Positions 60,226 through 64,000 of a stretch of DNA of 64,000 bases are shown here, one piece after another. This DNA is from Cyanophora paradoxa CCMP329 (Eukaryota; Plantae; Glaucophyta), in NCBI GenBank assembly GCA_004431415.1, contig QPMI01000434.1, positions 342,278 through 406,277 on the forward strand, in the 5' to 3' direction. Each line of letters starts with the position of its first letter. Position 1 is the stretch's first letter. The position numbers and the translations under genes were made by a program. The notes under the pieces are model-generated. The model was not told the DNA's origin. It saw only the letters and a list, made by a program, of their open reading frames with translations, and ran no database searches.

Positions 60226-61242
60226 TTATGTAATACTTATCAACTCTCCACAAAAGGTAGTTCCAGAGGAATATGTCCCCTGGTTTGTTGTCCAAATAGT
60301 TACATATTCGTTGGCTGCAAGATTGAGAATGCAGGACATTTGAAGAGGTCTGACTATTAATGTGCCTGTGCTGGAAGCAGAAAGAGAAATGCCCCCAGGA
60401 TCGGCATCATTCAATTTGAAGAAAAGCTGAATTGGGTATTGTGTTGTTGAGTTGGTAAAAACTGAGAATCGATAATGTCCAGCAACAGGAGCTGTAAATC
60501 TTCCTGATGATCCAGTGAAGGATCCTGTTACATTAACAAGATTGGTTGCCCAATTAATGAGAGCGTCGAAGAAGTTGCAGTGTGATTATATCCCAATCGG
60601 AAGCAGAACCTTGTTGGGAGCTGTTCTTTAAATAACACCCTGTATTAATTGTTAATGAATTGGCTTCAAGTGTTGCGATGGTATTGCTATTTCGCTTCAA
60701 CACAAGATTAACATTTGCCCCTGTATCATTTCAGGAGTAACTAATCTTGTTGTTGCAGTAATGGTGGGTTGAGAGTTGTTGCTACTGAGACTCCACCATT
60801 TGCTGTAACCATTCCTGTAAAAGTGGTTGTCCCTGTCACAGCAAGTTGAGTTGCTGTAAGAGTCCCATCAACACTTGCCCATCTCCAATGTAGGCTCCTC
60901 CACTTCTTACTACAAGAGCAGAGTTATTAATGGTGTTGTCAAAAGTAGTAATTTTGGTGTTGGTGAACCCTCCCACATCATCATAATTGCTGAATCTGAT
61001 ACAATCGATCCCGATTGGACTTGGTTCTTATTTGACACAATTAAACCAGTGGTTCTCACCTTTCCATTATTGCGATCACATCGTACCTCTTTGCATCTGA
61101 TCACAGAATTTTGAGAAAATGAATCAGCTCCTGTGGATTCTGTGCAAATAAACCCAGGGGTTGCATCTGTCACTGTGTGGTTGAGTTGATGCAATTTTGG
61201 GGCTGCATAACAGAAAACAGGAACAGCAATCTGTGTAGACAT
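60226..61242 (-). CDS. Fibre-like protein 2 with C1q-like head (frameshifted)
   Basis: Anchor RCKEVRCDRNNGKVRTTG; C1q-like GRFTAPVAGHYRF...ILNLAANEYV...TFCGELI. Confidence 0.72.
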
Positions 61243-61264
61243 TCTTTACTTTAAAGTAACAATA

Positions 61265-62335
61265 TTATGTGGCGCTAATCAGCATTCCTCCAAAGTGCGA
61301 TCGATTGGTGTATACGATTGCAGCAGTGGAATTATTGTATATTCGTATCCAATCATTTGCAGCAAGGTTGATGATGCATTCATATGATATAGGTAATAGT
61401 GACATTGAGGAAGCAAAAGTTGCTCTTGCCTCATATTCTGATGTTGTTCCATTTTTTCGAAGATTCAGAACAATCTCAGATGCAGTAGTGGTTGAGATTA
61501 TCACTTGGAAACAGAAGTAATAATTTCCTGCAACAGGAGCCGTAAAATTCCCTAATGTTGAACCATTGAAGTTGTTTCCATGGTTGATAAGAACTCCTGA
61601 AAATAGAATATTTGTTCCAGTTGCTCTTGAAACTGTTGATTCTGCTGCATTTGGAGCCATAACAGAAGCCATAAAACGAGGGCAACCATTTCGTTTCAGA
61701 TAGCTACCTGATGAAAATACGATTGCCTCTCTATTTGATGGTGTTGTTTGAATATTTTGTAATGTCACAATTGCGCTTCCATTTCGTTTGTAAATAAAGT
61801 TGGTATCTGCAATTGTGTCACTCTCAGGAGTTGTTAATCTTGTTGACAGTGTGAGAGTTCCATACTGAATACTTCCTGATAGACCACCATTTAAGTTCAT
61901 CAACCCTGAAAATGAACTTGTCCCACTCACATTCAATTGATTTGCTGTAACAGTCCCCACCACAATTGCTCCATCACCAATGTAGGCTCCTCCACTTTTA
62001 ACTACAAGAGCAGAAGTATTACTTGTGTTACCAAAAGTAACTATCTGAGCTGTGGTGAACCCACCCACATTATCATATATTGCTGAATCGGGAACAACTT
62101 GACCGGCTTGAACCTGATTTTTATTCGAGATTATAATACCTGTGGTTCTTATCTTGCCTCCATTTCGATCACATCTAATCTCTTTAACTCTGAGTATATT
62201 ATTCTCTGTGAAAGAGGTATTGCTTGAAGTTTCAGTGCAAATATTTCCGGGTGTAGAGTCGACTACTTCATGAGAGGTGCTATGGAGTGATTTGGCTGCA
62301 AGTTCATAGTTTGGGATTTCTAATAGAGAGGTCAT
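61265..62335 (-). CDS. Fibre-like protein 1 with C1q-like head
   Basis: Anchor RVKEIRCDRNGGKIRTTG, GGAYIGDG; C1q-like GNFTAPVAGNYYF...IINLAANDWIRI...HFGGMLI. Confidence 0.78.
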   Translation of the reverse strand: MTSLLEIPNYELAAKSLHSTSHEVVDSTPGNICTETSSNTSFTENNILRVKEIRCDRNGGKIRTTGIIISNKNQVQAGQVVPDSAIYDNVGGFTTAQIVTFGNTSNTSALVVKSGGAYIGDGAIVVGTVTANQLNVSGTSSFSGLMNLNGGLSGSIQYGTLTLSTRLTTPESDTIADTNFIYKRNGSAIVTLQNIQTTPSNREAIVFSSGSYLKRNGCPRFMASVMAPNAAESTVSRATGTNILFSGVLINHGNNFNGSTLGNFTAPVAGNYYFCFQVIISTTTASEIVLNLRKNGTTSEYEARATFASSMSLLPISYECIINLAANDWIRIYNNSTAAIVYTNRSHFGGMLISAT

Positions 62336-62354
62336 CTTTATAATTACAAGATAG

Positions 62355-64000
62355 TTAAATTGCGACAGCAATGTAATGGATTGTTACAGTAATGCCTGGT
62401 CTGTCAAAAGAACTTAATGGAACTATGTCAAGCTCACAAGTGAAATAGCTACTGTAAACTTGTTTAAGCCTAACATACATTCGGTAGTAGTAGGCTGTCT
62501 CATTGTGTTGTATACCGGTTGTTACAATAGGAGGGTTAGCAAAGCTGCTGTTGAAATTAATAGTGAGGTTAAACCTATGGTCAGGGTTTGCCCAAAGATA
62601 AGGAGTAGTGTAAACATACGTTCCTGCTTGAATTTTCCCATTAAAATATGCATTAAGTTGACTGGTAAGATCTGCTTCTGTTAAACATCTACTAATAGTA
62701 GCATTATTGGAAGGGTTCATAGCATAGAAATTTCTTGCATAAGCATTTCCACGAACAAGTAAGGTTTTATCATAATAATTCTGCGAATTGTGGAAGAACC
62801 ATGTTTCATCAAACATAGGTCCTGCTGGTTCTACTATCTGACCCGATCCTACATACATTGTGTTGTTGGCTCTAATAGTGGTTGCTGTAAAGGGATCAAG
62901 AGTTGGTCTATTGGTCAGGTCATTGTAGTTGCCCGAGAAAATCGCTGGTTTGTTATAAATATCTGTATTCCAATCATGAGTGTGTGCAAAATCTGTAATC
63001 TCTGCCTTTGTGTGATTGTGGGCAAAATCTGTAATCTCAGCCTTTGTGTGATTGTGTGCAAAATCTGTAATCTCTGATTTTACATGATTGTGAGCAAAAT
63101 TCGTAATATCTGCTCGGTGTGAAAGTGTGCAAAATCTGTAATTTGCGATTTTGTGTGAGTATGTGCGAAATCTATGATTTCTGCCTTTGTGTGGGTGTGT
63201 GATCTATTATTAAGGTCGAGGAAGCTACCGGAAAATGCAACAGGGTGTAGATTTGCTGGGGTGGGTTTGTTTATGAGATCATTATAATCTCCTGTGAATG
63301 AAATAGTTTTTAGTTCACCCCTTCCTACATAATCAGAAGGTAAATCAATTTTCATAGGCATAATAGCAGGATCAATAGGAATCTCGTACTCAGCTCCTGG
63401 GTGAACCACAGGGAAGGTTTGATTACTTTCAGTGTGAACAAAAAAGTTGTCAGCAGTCACTGTTCCGTCAATAGTTCCTCCTGTCAAGGGCAGGTAATTC
63501 CCTGTCACAGCTAGACCTGCAATAACTATAGCAAGCTCTGTTTCATCTACATAGTTTTGGGCTTGAAGGTAATCCTCTGTTACCACTCTTGATATGGTCT
63601 CATTGTGAATATTCTTTGCTGCTGCCCTCTGATTGATTTCTAAGACACCTTCACCCACTCCACCATTATAATTCGTTTTTATCCATGATATCTCGCATCT
63701 CTTGTAATCATCTCGATTTCCAATTAGGGCATTTGGTAACAGTCTTTCTCTGGTAAAGATTAATTTGGGTCTTGAACTATCTAAGTCACTCACATCAGTA
63801 ACATTAATTTGAATTGCTGCATCTTTGTCATCATAGTTTGCTGGATCAGATGGAAGCGATAATATTAAACTATCTGTCATCGGGATGTCATCAGCATAGT
63901 AACTGGTAAGATAGATACCTGGGTTGGTGTCCATCAAACCGAAATTTCCGCCTGCTGCGACAATCTGCATCCGTGTAGGAGGTCTGATGTATAGCTCACC
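62355..64000 (-). CDS. Phage-tail-fibre-like protein with HxH repeats and C-terminal H-type-lectin-like domain; 5' end probably outside window, one frameshift
   Basis: YLPLTGGT, FTGDYNDLINKP/FSGNYNDLTNRP, six 12-aa H(T/N/F)HTK(A/S)(E/Q)ITDFA-type repeats (about 62974-63200); INFNSSFANPPIV...IHYIAV. Confidence 0.72.

Larger units (their letters stand above)
57811..64000 (-). mobile_element. AT-richer viral block (fibre-gene array), probably part of a second related endogenous virus; continues beyond window
   Basis: Intronless, co-oriented, tightly packed minus-strand genes; carries a paralog of ORF 43961. Confidence 0.6.

Noticed and set aside
36610-64000. Bacterial or phage contamination
   Set aside because: Polinton-type integrase, A32-like ATPase and pentons, no Shine-Dalgarno pattern noticed, and a nested eukaryotic LINE. 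The fibre block shares a paralog with the core block.

Overview
Eukaryotic (protist/alga-like) genomic window with two halves. Bases 1 to ~36.6 kb are GC-rich host DNA dense in short (~50-90 nt) spliceosomal introns, many of them GC-AG. Host genes are a PPKL/BSL-like PPP phosphatase, cyclin T, NPL4, ALDH6A1, a VPS10/sortilin, a ubiquitin-like protein, COG2, NUFIP1, an AVT1-like transporter, RPC2 and a BAH-domain protein. Two intergenic, intron-containing Fanzor (eukaryotic TnpB) 3' remnants, visible only after manual splicing, each precede a structured omega-RNA-like region and point into a housekeeping promoter. From ~36.6 kb to the end the DNA is intronless and lower in GC: an endogenous Polinton-like/Maverick-type virus region. 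It encodes a patatin-discoidin protein, two head-to-head pentons, a DJR major capsid, an inserted endonuclease, a packaging ATPase, an AT-hook protein, a pPolB-SF1 helicase-HNH fusion, a D,D(35)N integrase, DUF5710 and a SAM decarboxylase. A 4.9-kb host LINE with an 18-bp TSD interrupts it. After a repeat block comes an array of phage-like fibre genes sharing an N-terminal anchor, probably from a second related element. Single-base frameshifts also occur in essential host genes, so most are probably long-read errors. All family calls are from motif recognition by eye; no searches were run.
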